This document shows, piece after piece, positions 9,546 to 18,571 of a stretch of 64,000 nucleotides of DNA. The stretch lies in assembly GCA_964423785.1 (NCBI GenBank), contig CAYRGZ010000001.1, positions 9,782 to 73,781 of the forward strand, written 5' to 3'. The DNA comes from an uncultured Desulfobulbia bacterium. Lineage in GTDB: Bacteria; Desulfobacterota; Desulfobulbia; Desulfobulbales; S012-135. Under the pieces are notes generated by a model. The model was not told the DNA's origin, did not search any database, and saw only the letters and a list, made by a program, of their open reading frames with translations. The position numbers were made by a program, and so were the translations under genes. The first letter of the stretch is position 1. Each line of letters begins with the position of its first letter.

Positions 9546-10558
9546 GGCTGATCGTCGTGCATGAGGGAAGCGAGTCGGGCGGCGATTTTGGTGTGCCCCG
9601 AGGCCCGCAGATGATCATCGACGAGAAAGTAATCGTCCGGAGTGAGAAAGGTGGCGGTATCGAGGGTCGCTGTTCTGTCGGCCCGCTCTGTACGGAGGAG
9701 AACCTCTCGGAGCGCGGCGATGAAGCGGCCGTCGTTGTGGGGCTGGTCGTTGGTTTCGAAGACGATGAGCCGTGGCGCTTCGTCCCATGCCTGGAACCAA
9801 TCGAGGATGCGGACAAAAAGCGCCGCCTCCTCATGGTCGGTGATTTCGTCTTCTTGGGGAGAGAAGAACAGCTCCCGGATCGGAAAGCGAAGCATGGCGG
9901 GCAAAAGACGCAGGGTGTATTTGCCGAAAAAGTATTGCTGCCGCTGTCGGTAGTTTTGGTAGATCCGGTCGAATTCCGCTGGGCTTGAGACCGGCAGGCG
10001 GTGGTCGTTTTCCTCAAAGCTTTTGTTTTCCGGATAATCGTTGGCGCAGTACTGGATGACCAACACGCGCAGGTTGCTTCGGTCGGCCCGTTGCAAGAGG
10101 AGCAGCTCCCGTGCCGTGCCGTAGGACGATACCCCAAGATTGAGAACCTTTTTACCTGTCATTCGTTCCAGGACTTGGGCAAAAGTCTCCACTTGCCCAA
10201 CCCCCCAACCCATGGCGTAGGAATCGCCCAGCACGATGACCTCTGGTGCGGCGAGAGACTCCTCGTCGTCCCGTACGCCCAGGGAGTTGATCCGGAGTTC
10301 GGTGGCGAATTCCAGATTGACGAAGGAACAGTCGCCCGGCCGTAAAGTATAGGCCAGCTCCTTGTCGTAGCGGGCGCAGGCCGGATCGACCTGGGGAATA
10401 TTGCGGTCGTAGGCAGTGTAGTAATGGCGGATCCCAGCGAGAAAGGGGTGTGGCGCCCGGTTGGGGTGGCGGTAGAGATAGCTGCAAAGCCATTCGCTGC
10501 CGGCAAGGATGGCGGCGATGACGAGGAAATTCACGACAATGACCTTGGCCCAGCCCAT
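9542..10558 (-). CDS. SGNH/GDSL hydrolase-family protein
   Basis: VIVLGDSYAMGWG, QYCANDYPENK and DDHLRASGH motifs. ATG at 10558 lies 2 nt after the upstream stop. An alternative ATG at 10603 would overlap the upstream gene by 43 nt. Confidence 0.7.
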   Translation of the reverse strand: MGWAKVIVVNFLVIAAILAGSEWLCSYLYRHPNRAPHPFLAGIRHYYTAYDRNIPQVDPACARYDKELAYTLRPGDCSFVNLEFATELRINSLGVRDDEESLAAPEVIVLGDSYAMGWGVGQVETFAQVLERMTGKKVLNLGVSSYGTARELLLLQRADRSNLRVLVIQYCANDYPENKSFEENDHRLPVSSPAEFDRIYQNYRQRQQYFFGKYTLRLLPAMLRFPIRELFFSPQEDEITDHEEAALFVRILDWFQAWDEAPRLIVFETNDQPHNDGRFIAALREVLLRTERADRTATLDTATFLTPDDYFLVDDHLRASGHTKIAARLASLMHDDQP

Positions 10559-10560
10559 GA

Positions 10561-11436
10561 TCAGCGCCTGTTTCGTACTATGGTCCCGATTGTGGCCAGC
10601 CATCGCGCCGGCAGGGAAGGGACGGCCAAGCTGGCGGCCAGGCTCCTGGCCAACAGTCTGGCCTTGTCCCGGTTAGCTGTTTCCTGGAGCGGGCTCGGTA
10701 CCGTGCCGTCGCCGACAAAGGCAAGGGCGAGGACGTGGGCCTGGAAGGTACGGTCGGCCTGGCGGTCGAGGCGGTTGTAATAGGTGGGCGGGGTGTCGCG
10801 GAAGACGAGGAGCTTGGCGCCCAGGTTCCAGGCCGAGCCGACCGCGGCGAGCCGCAGCCACAGTTCGTAATCCTCGGCCATGTGGAGGGATTCGTTGAAC
10901 AAACCGGATCGGTCCAGCATGCTACGCCGAATGAGGACCGAGGAGACGATAAACGGATTTTCCCGTACCAGGAGACGGTAAGGGATGTGGCGATCGTTGG
11001 CCTTGCGGCCGGTGAAATAGGCTGGCGTGCTCTGGAAATCGAACGGGTGCCGGGGATCCCAGCGGTAGGCGTTGGTTCCAACCAAGGCGCAGTCGGGATG
11101 ACGGGCCATGAAGGCTACCTGGCGTTCGAGTTTTTCCGGCAGCCATCGGTCATCGTCGTCGAGAAAGGCGACGAACTCGCCGCTGCCTGCCCGGATGCCG
11201 CGGTTGCGGGGGCCGGCCGGAGCGCCGTGGTGGGGGCCGGGCAGGTAGCGGAAGCGCTTATCGGCCAGAAACGGGGCCACCGCTTGGCGAGTGGCCTCGG
11301 TTTCGCCGTCCTCGGTAATCCAGCAGGTAAAGTGCGGATAGGTCTGGTCGCGCACCGAGGCCAGGGCTTCGCACAGAATGGCCGGCCGTTTGTAGGTGGG
11401 CACCACCACGTCGATATGGATCGGTGCGCCACTCAT
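10561..11436 (-). CDS. Glycosyltransferase family 2
   Basis: MSGAPIHIDVVVPTYKRPAILCEALASVRDQTYPHF...EDG...DDDD motifs. The internal ATG at 11436 forms an ATGA overlap with the upstream GT9 stop. The longer track ORF to 11571 was rejected. Confidence 0.8.
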   Translation of the reverse strand: MSGAPIHIDVVVPTYKRPAILCEALASVRDQTYPHFTCWITEDGETEATRQAVAPFLADKRFRYLPGPHHGAPAGPRNRGIRAGSGEFVAFLDDDDRWLPEKLERQVAFMARHPDCALVGTNAYRWDPRHPFDFQSTPAYFTGRKANDRHIPYRLLVRENPFIVSSVLIRRSMLDRSGLFNESLHMAEDYELWLRLAAVGSAWNLGAKLLVFRDTPPTYYNRLDRQADRTFQAHVLALAFVGDGTVPSPLQETANRDKARLLARSLAASLAVPSLPARWLATIGTIVRNRR

Positions 11437-12530
11437 TGGTGTTTTCCGGCCGGGGCGGCGGCTTGGGTTCGGTCCAGGAGCTCGGCCGCGGCAGCGACGA
11501 CGCGGTCGGCTGGCAGGGTGGCCAGACAGCGGCTTTCCCTGCCGTCGCCGTTGCAGCCGGTCCGGCAGCAAGGAACACAGGGCGCATCGCCTTGGACGAC
11601 GCGGTGCTTGGGGCCCCGCGGCGCCCAGGTGCGGGGTGAGGAGGGGCCGTAAATCGTCACCGTCGGGGTGGCCACGGCGGCGGCAATGTGGGGCCCGGCG
11701 CTATCGACACTGATGAGGAGATCACACTGTTCGAGCAGAGCGGCATACGTGCCGAGGCTGGTGGTTCCGGCAAGGTTATGAACCCGGCCGCGGCACCGTG
11801 CTTGGAGGCGTTCCGCCCGTGGATGCTCGGCCTTTGTGCCGCAGAGGACGACGGCGGCATCCAGATTGGCTTGGAGCTGGTCGATGCAGGCGGCGAAGTT
11901 ATCTTCGCTCCACTCCTTGTACGGCCAGAGGGAAAAAGGCTGGATGGCGATGAGCGGTCGCCGTGTCGCTATGCCATGCTGCTCGAGAAGATCGCGCGCC
12001 GTTTGCCGGTAGGGGGCCGGATCGAGAAGGGGGCGATCGTTTGTGGCCGGCCGGCAGCCGAAGGCGCCAAGGAGCTGCAGGTTGTAGTCGAGGATATGGG
12101 TGTGCGGCGTGGAATCCGGGATGATGAGATGCTGGAAGCAGGCATTGCGTAGGAATTCGCCGGCCTCGAAGTAGGCGATGCGGTGGGGAGCGCCGGAAAG
12201 GCGGGCCAGGAGCGCTCCCCGGGTGCCGGTTCTGAGATCCACCACCCAGTCGAACCGTTGGCGGCGTAAGATCCGGGCCAGGGCGACGGTCTGGCGCAGT
12301 TCGCCGATTCCCCGTTGTGGGGCTACGCTGTAGACCGCTTCCAGCAACGGGCAGCAGCGGGCCAGTTCGGTGGCCTTGTCCCGCACCAGCATGGCGACCC
12401 GGACATCGGCAAACGATTCCTGAACCGCGGCCACCAGGGGCAGGCTGAGAACGACGTCGCCGATGTCGCCGAGTTGGATGAGCAGTACCCTCTTGGGCGG
12501 CTTCGCCGGTTGCGAGCCTTTCACAAACAT
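11433..12530 (-). CDS. Glycosyltransferase family 9 (heptosyltransferase-like)
   Basis: KRVLLIQLGDIGDVVLSLPLV and C-terminal ...DSAGPHIAAAVATPTVTIYGPS are GT9 signatures. ATG at 12530 was chosen, leaving a 60-nt gap to the upstream gene. Confidence 0.8.
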   Translation of the reverse strand: MFVKGSQPAKPPKRVLLIQLGDIGDVVLSLPLVAAVQESFADVRVAMLVRDKATELARCCPLLEAVYSVAPQRGIGELRQTVALARILRRQRFDWVVDLRTGTRGALLARLSGAPHRIAYFEAGEFLRNACFQHLIIPDSTPHTHILDYNLQLLGAFGCRPATNDRPLLDPAPYRQTARDLLEQHGIATRRPLIAIQPFSLWPYKEWSEDNFAACIDQLQANLDAAVVLCGTKAEHPRAERLQARCRGRVHNLAGTTSLGTYAALLEQCDLLISVDSAGPHIAAAVATPTVTIYGPSSPRTWAPRGPKHRVVQGDAPCVPCCRTGCNGDGRESRCLATLPADRVVAAAAELLDRTQAAAPAGKHQ

Positions 12531-12589
12531 ACCGGCTTGTCCCCGTGTTGTCACCGGTGCCGCCGCTCCGCCTCCCACCAGGTTCATGC

Positions 12590-14449
12590 TCAGTCGAGTT
12601 CGTAGGTCTCCTGCCACCGCTCCGTCTCGTTCCAGGCCGGTTGCCGCCGCTTGTCGAAGAGGTGGTTGTTGATCACCAGCCAGTCCATCTCGGTGCGCAT
12701 GAAGCATCGGTAGGCATCTTCCGGCGTGCAGACGATGGGCTCGCCGCGCACGTTGAAACTGGTGTTGACGATCACCCCGTAGCCGGTCAGATCTTTGAAT
12801 GTGCGGATGAGGCGCCAGTAGCGAGGATTGGTCTCCCGGTGTACGGTCTGGATGCGCGCCGTGTAGTCGACGTGGGTGACGGCCGGAATGTCGGAGCGCA
12901 GATGGTACAGGCGTTCGTAAAGGCCCATCTCGTCGTAGCCGTCGGGTAGGGGGTTACGGCGTTCTTGTCGCACCGTGTCGATGAGGAGCATGTAGGGAGA
13001 GGGACCGGAAAGATCGAAGTATTCCGCTACGTCCTCGGCCAGCACCGACGGGGCGAAGGGCCGGAACCCTTCCCGGTACTTGATCTTCAGGTTGAGTTTT
13101 TTTTGCATGTCCGGCCGGCGGGCGTCGCCGAGGATGCTGCGGTTGCCAAGCGCCCGCGGGCCGTATTCCATGCGGCCCTGGAACCAGCCGACCACCTGGC
13201 CGTCGGCGAGTAGTTGGGCCACGCGGCCAAAGAGGTCGTCGTCGGCGAGCCGTTCCGCCACTGCCCGGTAACGGCGGATGGTGCGCTCAATATCGATGTC
13301 AGAAAACGCCGGGCCGAGATAGCTGCCGGCCATGGCGTCGGAGTGGCCGGGCTGGCGCGGTTGCTCCTGCCAGATGTGGTGGGCGGCAAAAGCGGCTCCC
13401 AGGGCCCCGCCGGCATCGCCGGCCGCTGGCTGGATCCAGAGATCGTCGAAGATGGCTGCCCGCCGCAGCTTACCATTGGCGACGCAGTTGAGGGCGACGC
13501 CGCCGGCCATTACCAGATTACTGGCGCCGGTAAGCCGACGGGCGGTCTTGGCCATGCGCAGGACGGCCTCTTCGGTTACCTGCTGGACCGCCAGGGCCAT
13601 GTCCATGTACGGCTGGTCGAGGTCGGATTCCGGCTCACGACGCGGGATACCGAACAACCGCTCCCAGCGTTCGTTGTGGCACATCTTGAGGCCGGTGGCG
13701 TAATCGAAGTACTCCATGTTGCAGAGCAGGGAGCCGTCGTCTCGCAAGTCGATCAACTCATCAAGGATGTGCTTCTTGAAACGGGCCACCCGTTCGCCGT
13801 CGTTGCCGTAGGGGGCCAGGCCCATGAGTTTGTACTCGCCGCTGTTGACTTTGAAACCGCAGTAGTAGGTAAAGGCGGAGTAGAGCAGCCCGAGAGAGTG
13901 GGGAAAGTTGAGCTGCTGCAGCAGGGTGATGCAGTTGCCCTGGCCGTGGCCGATGGTGGTGGTGGCCCATTCGCCGACCCCATCGATGGTGAGGATGGCC
14001 GCCTCCTCGAATGGCGAGGGGAAGAAGGCGCTGGCGGCATGGGAAAGATGGTGCTCCGGAAAGAGCAGGGGCGGGCGGCGACGGAGCCAGCCACCGGCGA
14101 TGGTTTCGACTTCCTCCCAGACCATTTTGCGCATGAAGAGCTTTTCCTTGATCCAGACCGGCATGGCGGACAGGAAGCTGGTCAGGCCACGGGGCGCAAA
14201 AGCGTGATAGGTTTCCAGGAGACGCTCGAACTTTAGGTACGGTTTGTCGTAAAAGGCGATGGCCGCAAGGTCGGAGATATCAACCCCGCCTTCCTCCAGG
14301 ACGTACTGTACCGCCCGGGCCGGAAAGGAAGCGTCGTGCTTCTTACGGCTGAAGCGTTCCTCGTGGGCCGCGGCGCAAATCTGTCCGTCCACGAGCAAGG
14401 CGGCGGCGCTGTCGTGGTAGAAGGCGGAAATGCCGAGAATGGCGCTCAT
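12590..14449 (-). CDS. Carbamoyltransferase (NodU/CmcH family)
   Basis: MSAILGISAFYHDSAAALLVDGQICAAAHEERFSRKKHD is the typical NodU/CmcH N-terminus. 619 aa full length. Confidence 0.9.
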   Translation of the reverse strand: MSAILGISAFYHDSAAALLVDGQICAAAHEERFSRKKHDASFPARAVQYVLEEGGVDISDLAAIAFYDKPYLKFERLLETYHAFAPRGLTSFLSAMPVWIKEKLFMRKMVWEEVETIAGGWLRRRPPLLFPEHHLSHAASAFFPSPFEEAAILTIDGVGEWATTTIGHGQGNCITLLQQLNFPHSLGLLYSAFTYYCGFKVNSGEYKLMGLAPYGNDGERVARFKKHILDELIDLRDDGSLLCNMEYFDYATGLKMCHNERWERLFGIPRREPESDLDQPYMDMALAVQQVTEEAVLRMAKTARRLTGASNLVMAGGVALNCVANGKLRRAAIFDDLWIQPAAGDAGGALGAAFAAHHIWQEQPRQPGHSDAMAGSYLGPAFSDIDIERTIRRYRAVAERLADDDLFGRVAQLLADGQVVGWFQGRMEYGPRALGNRSILGDARRPDMQKKLNLKIKYREGFRPFAPSVLAEDVAEYFDLSGPSPYMLLIDTVRQERRNPLPDGYDEMGLYERLYHLRSDIPAVTHVDYTARIQTVHRETNPRYWRLIRTFKDLTGYGVIVNTSFNVRGEPIVCTPEDAYRCFMRTEMDWLVINNHLFDKRRQPAWNETERWQETYELD

Positions 14450-14470
14450 GGAAAATGCTCTTTAAGATAT

Positions 14471-14573
14471 GATGAACCCGTAAAAAGCCGCAGTCGGTGC
14501 AGGCCTGACACGATAATTTAATGGGTTACACCGTGAACTCGATAGAATCGCATTGCTTGCGATTCTATCAAAA
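14471..14573 (+). repeat. ~105-bp intergenic repeat family, copy B
   Basis: GATGAACCCGTAAAAAGCCGCAGTCGGTGCAGGCCTGACACGATAATT...GATAGAATCGCAttgcTTGCGATTCTATCAAA. The stop codon of the small gene at 14568-14570 lies in its right end. Confidence 0.85.
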
Positions 14574-14717
14574 CAGGGTGTAAACGAACGGAGCGATGGC
14601 CGAACCGCTCGTGAAGACGATGAGCACCCCGAAGAGCAGCATGGTGAGGATGATGGGAAGCAGCCAGAATTTTTTGCGGACTTTCAAAAAGCCCCACAGG
14701 TCTTTGAAAAATTGCAT
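14568..14717 (-). CDS. DUF5989-family small membrane protein (49 aa)
   Basis: Below the ORF-track cutoff; translated by hand as MQFFKDLWGFLKVRKKFWLLPIILTMLLFGVLIVFTSGSAIAPFVYTLF*. This matches my recollection of the DUF5989 pattern (..RKKFWLLPI...APFIYTLF) found next to carbamoyltransferase and SxtJ. Confidence 0.7.
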   Translation of the reverse strand: MQFFKDLWGFLKVRKKFWLLPIILTMLLFGVLIVFTSGSAIAPFVYTLF

Positions 14718-14735
14718 GGTGTCGTATGTGTTCGG

Positions 14736-15119
14736 TTAAAAGGGGTGTTCCAGATCTTTTTTTTCAAAGCGATGGTTGCGTTCCACAAAGGCGGTCAACG
14801 ACGATCCCTGCTTGAAATTGTCGCGCTGCATGGCGTCGGTGGCCCAAAACCGGCGTACGGCGCCGATGGGGGTGACGATCAGGAAAAAGACCACGCTTAA
14901 GAGAACCTTGGACATCACCGTACCGAGGGCGTGGGAGAATCCGAACCAGAGTTTTGCCGCTGGCCGGAACACAGGCGGCCAAGTCATGGTGACCACCAGC
15001 AAGGCGATGGCGGCAAGCAAAGCCCCCCGGTTGCCGGTGGCCAGGTTGACGAGCAGGCAAAAGAGGGTCAGAGCCAGGCCGGTATCCTTGGCCTGGATAT
15101 TGGGATCGGTTGGCTTCAT
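14736..15119 (-). CDS. SxtJ-family membrane protein
   Basis: ATG at 15119 (MKPTDPNIQAKDTGLALT...). About 4 hydrophobic helices. Family call rests on resemblance to SxtJ-like proteins and on the conserved neighbourhood with DUF5989 and the carbamoyltransferase. Confidence 0.6.
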   Translation of the reverse strand: MKPTDPNIQAKDTGLALTLFCLLVNLATGNRGALLAAIALLVVTMTWPPVFRPAAKLWFGFSHALGTVMSKVLLSVVFFLIVTPIGAVRRFWATDAMQRDNFKQGSSLTAFVERNHRFEKKDLEHPF

Positions 15120-15185
15120 GGTTGTGGAATGCGGGGATCGGGAAAAGGGTGTTGCGCACCCACCCATCGCCGGTCAGTCAAAACG

Positions 15186-15290
15186 GATGAACCCGTAAAA
15201 ACGCGCAGTCGGCCCAGGCCTGACACGATAATTCAAAAAGGTACAAAATGTAAGCTCGATGGAATCGCACTTTTTGCGGTTCCATCAAAA
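15186..15290 (+). repeat. ~105-bp intergenic repeat family, copy C
   Basis: GATGAACCCGTAAAAACGCGCAGTCGGCCCAGGCCTGACACGATAATTCAA...GATGGAATCGCActttttGCGGTTCCATCAAAA. Confidence 0.85.
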
Positions 15291-15358
15291 TGCGAAACAG
15301 CAATTTTAATCGATGCCGGCAGGAAATCAAGCGAAATACGTGGCGTGGCCAGCAACTT

Positions 15359-15462
15359 GATGAACCCGTAAAAACGCGCAGTCGGTCCAGGCCTGACACG
15401 GTAATTCAAAGGGTTACAAAGCGCGAACTCGATGAAATCGCTCTGTTTGCGATGTCATCAAA
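15359..15462 (+). repeat. ~105-bp intergenic repeat family, copy D
   Basis: GATGAACCCGTAAAAACGCGCAGTCGGTCCAGGCCTGACACGGTAATTCAA...GATGAAATCGCTctgtttGCGATGTCATCAAA. Confidence 0.85.
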
Positions 15463-15483
15463 CTCGGTCGCGTTTCCCAGGGG

Positions 15484-17226
15484 TTACTGCAAAGACTGGA
15501 GGGAGGCGTAAATACCGTCGATGGCCAATAACGTTTCGTGGGTGCCCTCTTCGGCGATGCGGCCATCCTGGATGACCACGATGCGGTCGGCGCTCTTGAT
15601 GGTGGACAGCCGGTGGGCGATCACCAGGGTGGTACGGTTCTGCATCAGGATCTCCAGGGCCTTTTGGACCTCGCGTTCTGACTCGGTGTCGAGTGCCGAG
15701 GTGGCCTCGTCCAGGATCAGGATCGGCGCGTCCTTGAGTAAGGCGCGGGCGATGGACAGGCGCTGCTGCTGGCCGCCGGAGAGCCGGGCGCCGGACTCAC
15801 CGATCACCGTGTCGAAGCCTTGCGGCAGGGCCATGATGAAGTCGTAGGCATTGGCAGCCTTGGCGGCGGCGATGATTTCTTCCATGGGCCGGTCCGGGTC
15901 GCCGTAGGCGATATTATTTTTCACCGTATCGTTGAACAGGATGGTTTGCTGGGTGACTATGGCGATCTGCCGCCGCAGGGATTTGACGGTCACATCGCGG
16001 ATGTCGTGGCCGTCGATGCGGATGGCGCCGCCGGTGACATCGAAAAAGCGTGGAATCAGGTTGGCGATGGTGGTCTTGCCGCCGCCGCTTGGTCCCACCA
16101 AGGCGACCACCTCTCCCCGGTTGATGACGAGGTCGATGCCGCGTAACACTTCGGTTTTGCCGTCGTAGCTGAACCGAACCTGGTCGAATTCGATCCGGTC
16201 GTGGAAGGGAGGCAGGTCCTCGGCGTTCGGTTTGTCGGTGATATCAGGTTCGATATCCAGGAGCCCGAAGATGCGGCCGGCGGCGGCCATCCCTTGCTGC
16301 ACCGGGCTGTTGATGTTGGCCACTCCCTTGATGGGGTCGTAAATCATAATGAGCGCGGTGAGAAAAGCGATGAAGCTGCCCGGGGTCGAATCGCCGGCGA
16401 TCACCTGATGGCCGCCGTACCAGATCACCGCCGCCATGGCCAGGCCACCGATGAATTCCATGGTGGGGTGTTGCAGGCTATTGATGCGGATGTCCCGGAC
16501 GATTACGCTGAACAAATCGTCCACTGTGTGGGAGAACCGTTTCGCTTCGTATTCCTCCATGCCGAAGGCCTTGACGATCCGGTGGCCGGTGATGGTTTCA
16601 TGCAGCAGGTTGGAAACCCGGGCCACGGTCTGCTGGTTGGTGATGGAGAGCTTGCGGAACTTGCGGCCGAAATGGGCCACGGGGATGGCGGCGAGCGGCA
16701 AGACCAGCAGCGACAGGAGGGCCAGTTTCCAGTTCAGGTAGAAGATGACCCCCAGAAGGCCGACTACCTGAAAGGCATCTTTGAGCACCCCCACCAGGGC
16801 GCGCGACACAGCCATCTGGATAAGGGTGGCGTCGTTGACCACCCGGGCGATGAGTTCGCCGGTCGGGGTGTGATGGAAAAAGGAGATCGGCAGGGCGTGG
16901 ATGTGGTTGAAAACCTGTTTTCGCAGGTCCCGGACGATGGCCTGGCCGGTGGTGTCGAGGATGGAGGTGTAGAGATAGTAGAAGACTCCCTTGAGGAGAA
17001 AAACGCCGATCAAGGCCGCCGGTAGCAGGTTGAGCATGAAGGCGTCCTTGTTGATGAAGATCTTGTCGATGAGTGGCTTGATGATGTAGGCCTGCACCGA
17101 TCCCATGGCCGACACCAGGACCATACTGATCATGGAGATGATCAGCTGGCGGCGGTAGGGCCGCACCAGCGCAAAAATCCGCTTGATGAGGGTGCGGTCG
17201 CGTATGGGAACGAGCGGCGATTCCAT
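15484..17226 (-). CDS. msbA: ABC transporter permease/ATP-binding protein, lipid A/LPS flippase MsbA-like
   Basis: N-terminal 6-TM domain plus an NBD with GPSGGGKTT, LSGGQQQRLSIARALL and ILILDEATSALD. Sits directly downstream of waaF. ATG at 17226 lies 8 nt after the upstream stop. Confidence 0.8.
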   Translation of the reverse strand: MESPLVPIRDRTLIKRIFALVRPYRRQLIISMISMVLVSAMGSVQAYIIKPLIDKIFINKDAFMLNLLPAALIGVFLLKGVFYYLYTSILDTTGQAIVRDLRKQVFNHIHALPISFFHHTPTGELIARVVNDATLIQMAVSRALVGVLKDAFQVVGLLGVIFYLNWKLALLSLLVLPLAAIPVAHFGRKFRKLSITNQQTVARVSNLLHETITGHRIVKAFGMEEYEAKRFSHTVDDLFSVIVRDIRINSLQHPTMEFIGGLAMAAVIWYGGHQVIAGDSTPGSFIAFLTALIMIYDPIKGVANINSPVQQGMAAAGRIFGLLDIEPDITDKPNAEDLPPFHDRIEFDQVRFSYDGKTEVLRGIDLVINRGEVVALVGPSGGGKTTIANLIPRFFDVTGGAIRIDGHDIRDVTVKSLRRQIAIVTQQTILFNDTVKNNIAYGDPDRPMEEIIAAAKAANAYDFIMALPQGFDTVIGESGARLSGGQQQRLSIARALLKDAPILILDEATSALDTESEREVQKALEILMQNRTTLVIAHRLSTIKSADRIVVIQDGRIAEEGTHETLLAIDGIYASLQSLQ

Positions 17227-17234
17227 AGTCGAGA

Positions 17235-18278
17235 TCAGTGCGTTGCCAAGAGATCGAGGACGGCGCTCGCCACCTCGTTCGGTTCGATGGCGAGCATGCA
17301 TTCGAAGCCGTGCTTGCACGTTGGTCGCAGGCAGGGCGAGCAAGATAGTGGCCGGCGGATGATGCGTGCCTTCTTAGAAAACGGCCCGGTGGCCTCGGGA
17401 TCGGTGGAGCCGAAGATGGCGACGAGCGGGACGCCGGCGGCGGCGGCGACGTGCATGAGGCCGGAGTCGTTGGTTACGAAGCAGTCACACAGGGCAATGG
17501 CCGCCAGGGCCTGGGCCAACGTGGTCCGGCCGCAGAGATCCAGGGTCTCCGGCACCGCCCTGGTGATGACATCGGCTGCCTCGCGATCGGCTTTCGTCCC
17601 GAAGATGACCGGCGTGCCGCCGAGTTGCCGGTGTAGTCGTTGGGCCAGGGTGGCGTACCGCTCCGCCGGCCACCGTTTGGCCGGCCCGTAGGCGGCGCCG
17701 GGATTGAGGCCGATGAGCGGCCGCGACCGGTCGGCGAATGTCTTTTCCGCCCAGGTCCTCGCCTCGTTTGATAGCGGCAAGTACAGATCGTTCTTTCCCG
17801 GTGTGAGCCCCAGTTGGGCGAGTAGATCCTGATAGTAATATACCTGGTGCGCCCGGCGGATCGCCGGTCGGATTGGTACCGGGTGGGTGAGGAGCGGCCG
17901 CCGGCCGTCGCGGCTGTAGCCGGCGATCACGGGAATGCCGGCCAGCCGGGCGATGACTGCCGCCTCGAAGGCGTTTTGTAGAAGAATGGCCATGTCGAAT
18001 CCCTGGCGGCGCAACTGGCGACCCAGCCGGTACATACCGCGCACCCCCCGGTGTTCCGATCGTTTTCGGTACTCGATCACCGTATCGACGTGCAGATTGG
18101 CGGTAAAGATGTCCGCCACCCACGGCTGCGCCAATACCGAGATATGGGCGGCTGGAAAGTTTTGCCGGATGGTGCGGACCGCCGGTAGGGTCATGATGGC
18201 GTCGCCGACCCAGTTGGTGGCCCGGATCAGGATGCGGGCCGGCCGCAGCCCGGTTATGGTCGTCTGTTTCCGTCGCAT
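17235..18278 (-). CDS. waaF: ADP-heptose:LPS heptosyltransferase II (GT9)
   Basis: ILIRATNWVGDAIMTLPAVRTIRQNFP...VTNDSGLMHVAAAAGVPLVAIFGSTDP is a typical RfaF/WaaF pattern. Confidence 0.8.
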   Translation of the reverse strand: MRRKQTTITGLRPARILIRATNWVGDAIMTLPAVRTIRQNFPAAHISVLAQPWVADIFTANLHVDTVIEYRKRSEHRGVRGMYRLGRQLRRQGFDMAILLQNAFEAAVIARLAGIPVIAGYSRDGRRPLLTHPVPIRPAIRRAHQVYYYQDLLAQLGLTPGKNDLYLPLSNEARTWAEKTFADRSRPLIGLNPGAAYGPAKRWPAERYATLAQRLHRQLGGTPVIFGTKADREAADVITRAVPETLDLCGRTTLAQALAAIALCDCFVTNDSGLMHVAAAAGVPLVAIFGSTDPEATGPFSKKARIIRRPLSCSPCLRPTCKHGFECMLAIEPNEVASAVLDLLATH

Positions 18279-18343
18279 CGTGAAACGACGAAGCTAAACC
18301 GATTTCTGGCCGGTCGTCAACCGTGGTTTGGCCGTTGCGGATA

Positions 18344-18428
18344 TTTTGATTCCATCGAGTTCACGGTGGGTAACCCGTCGAATTCCCGTGTCAGACCTGC
18401 GCCGACTGCGCGTTTTTACGGGATCGTC
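18344..18428 (-). repeat. ~105-bp intergenic repeat family, copy E (hairpin-deleted)
   Basis: Reverse orientation: TTTTGATTCCATCGAGTTCACGGTGGGTAACCCGTCGAATTCCCGTGTCAGACCTGCGCCGACTGCGCGTTTTTACGGGATCGTC. One hairpin arm is missing. Confidence 0.75.
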
Positions 18429-18474
18429 ATGTTTTCCGGTTTACGGTTGCGGGTTTCCAGTTTAGAGTAGGCAG

Positions 18475-18570
18475 TTTTGATGGAATCGCAAAAAATGCGA
18501 TTCCATCAGGTTCACGGTGTGTAACCCGTTGAATTGCCGTGTCAGGCCTGGACCGGCTGCGATTTTTTAC
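18475..18570 (-). repeat. ~105-bp intergenic repeat family, copy F
   Basis: Reverse orientation with an intact hairpin GATGGAATCGCAaaaaaTGCGATTCCATC and core CGTGTCAGGCCTGGACCGGCTGCG. Confidence 0.85.
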
Positions 18571-18571
18571 G

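Noticed and set aside
14336-15511. Apparent conserved peptide (…DEPVKTRSRSRPDTIIQ…ELDGIALFA…) seen in several track ORFs overlapping the 105-bp repeats
   Set aside because: The conservation is at the DNA level. The frame is closed by TAA in copies A and B (…DTII*). There are no consistent starts or RBS, and copies occur in both orientations relative to neighbouring genes.
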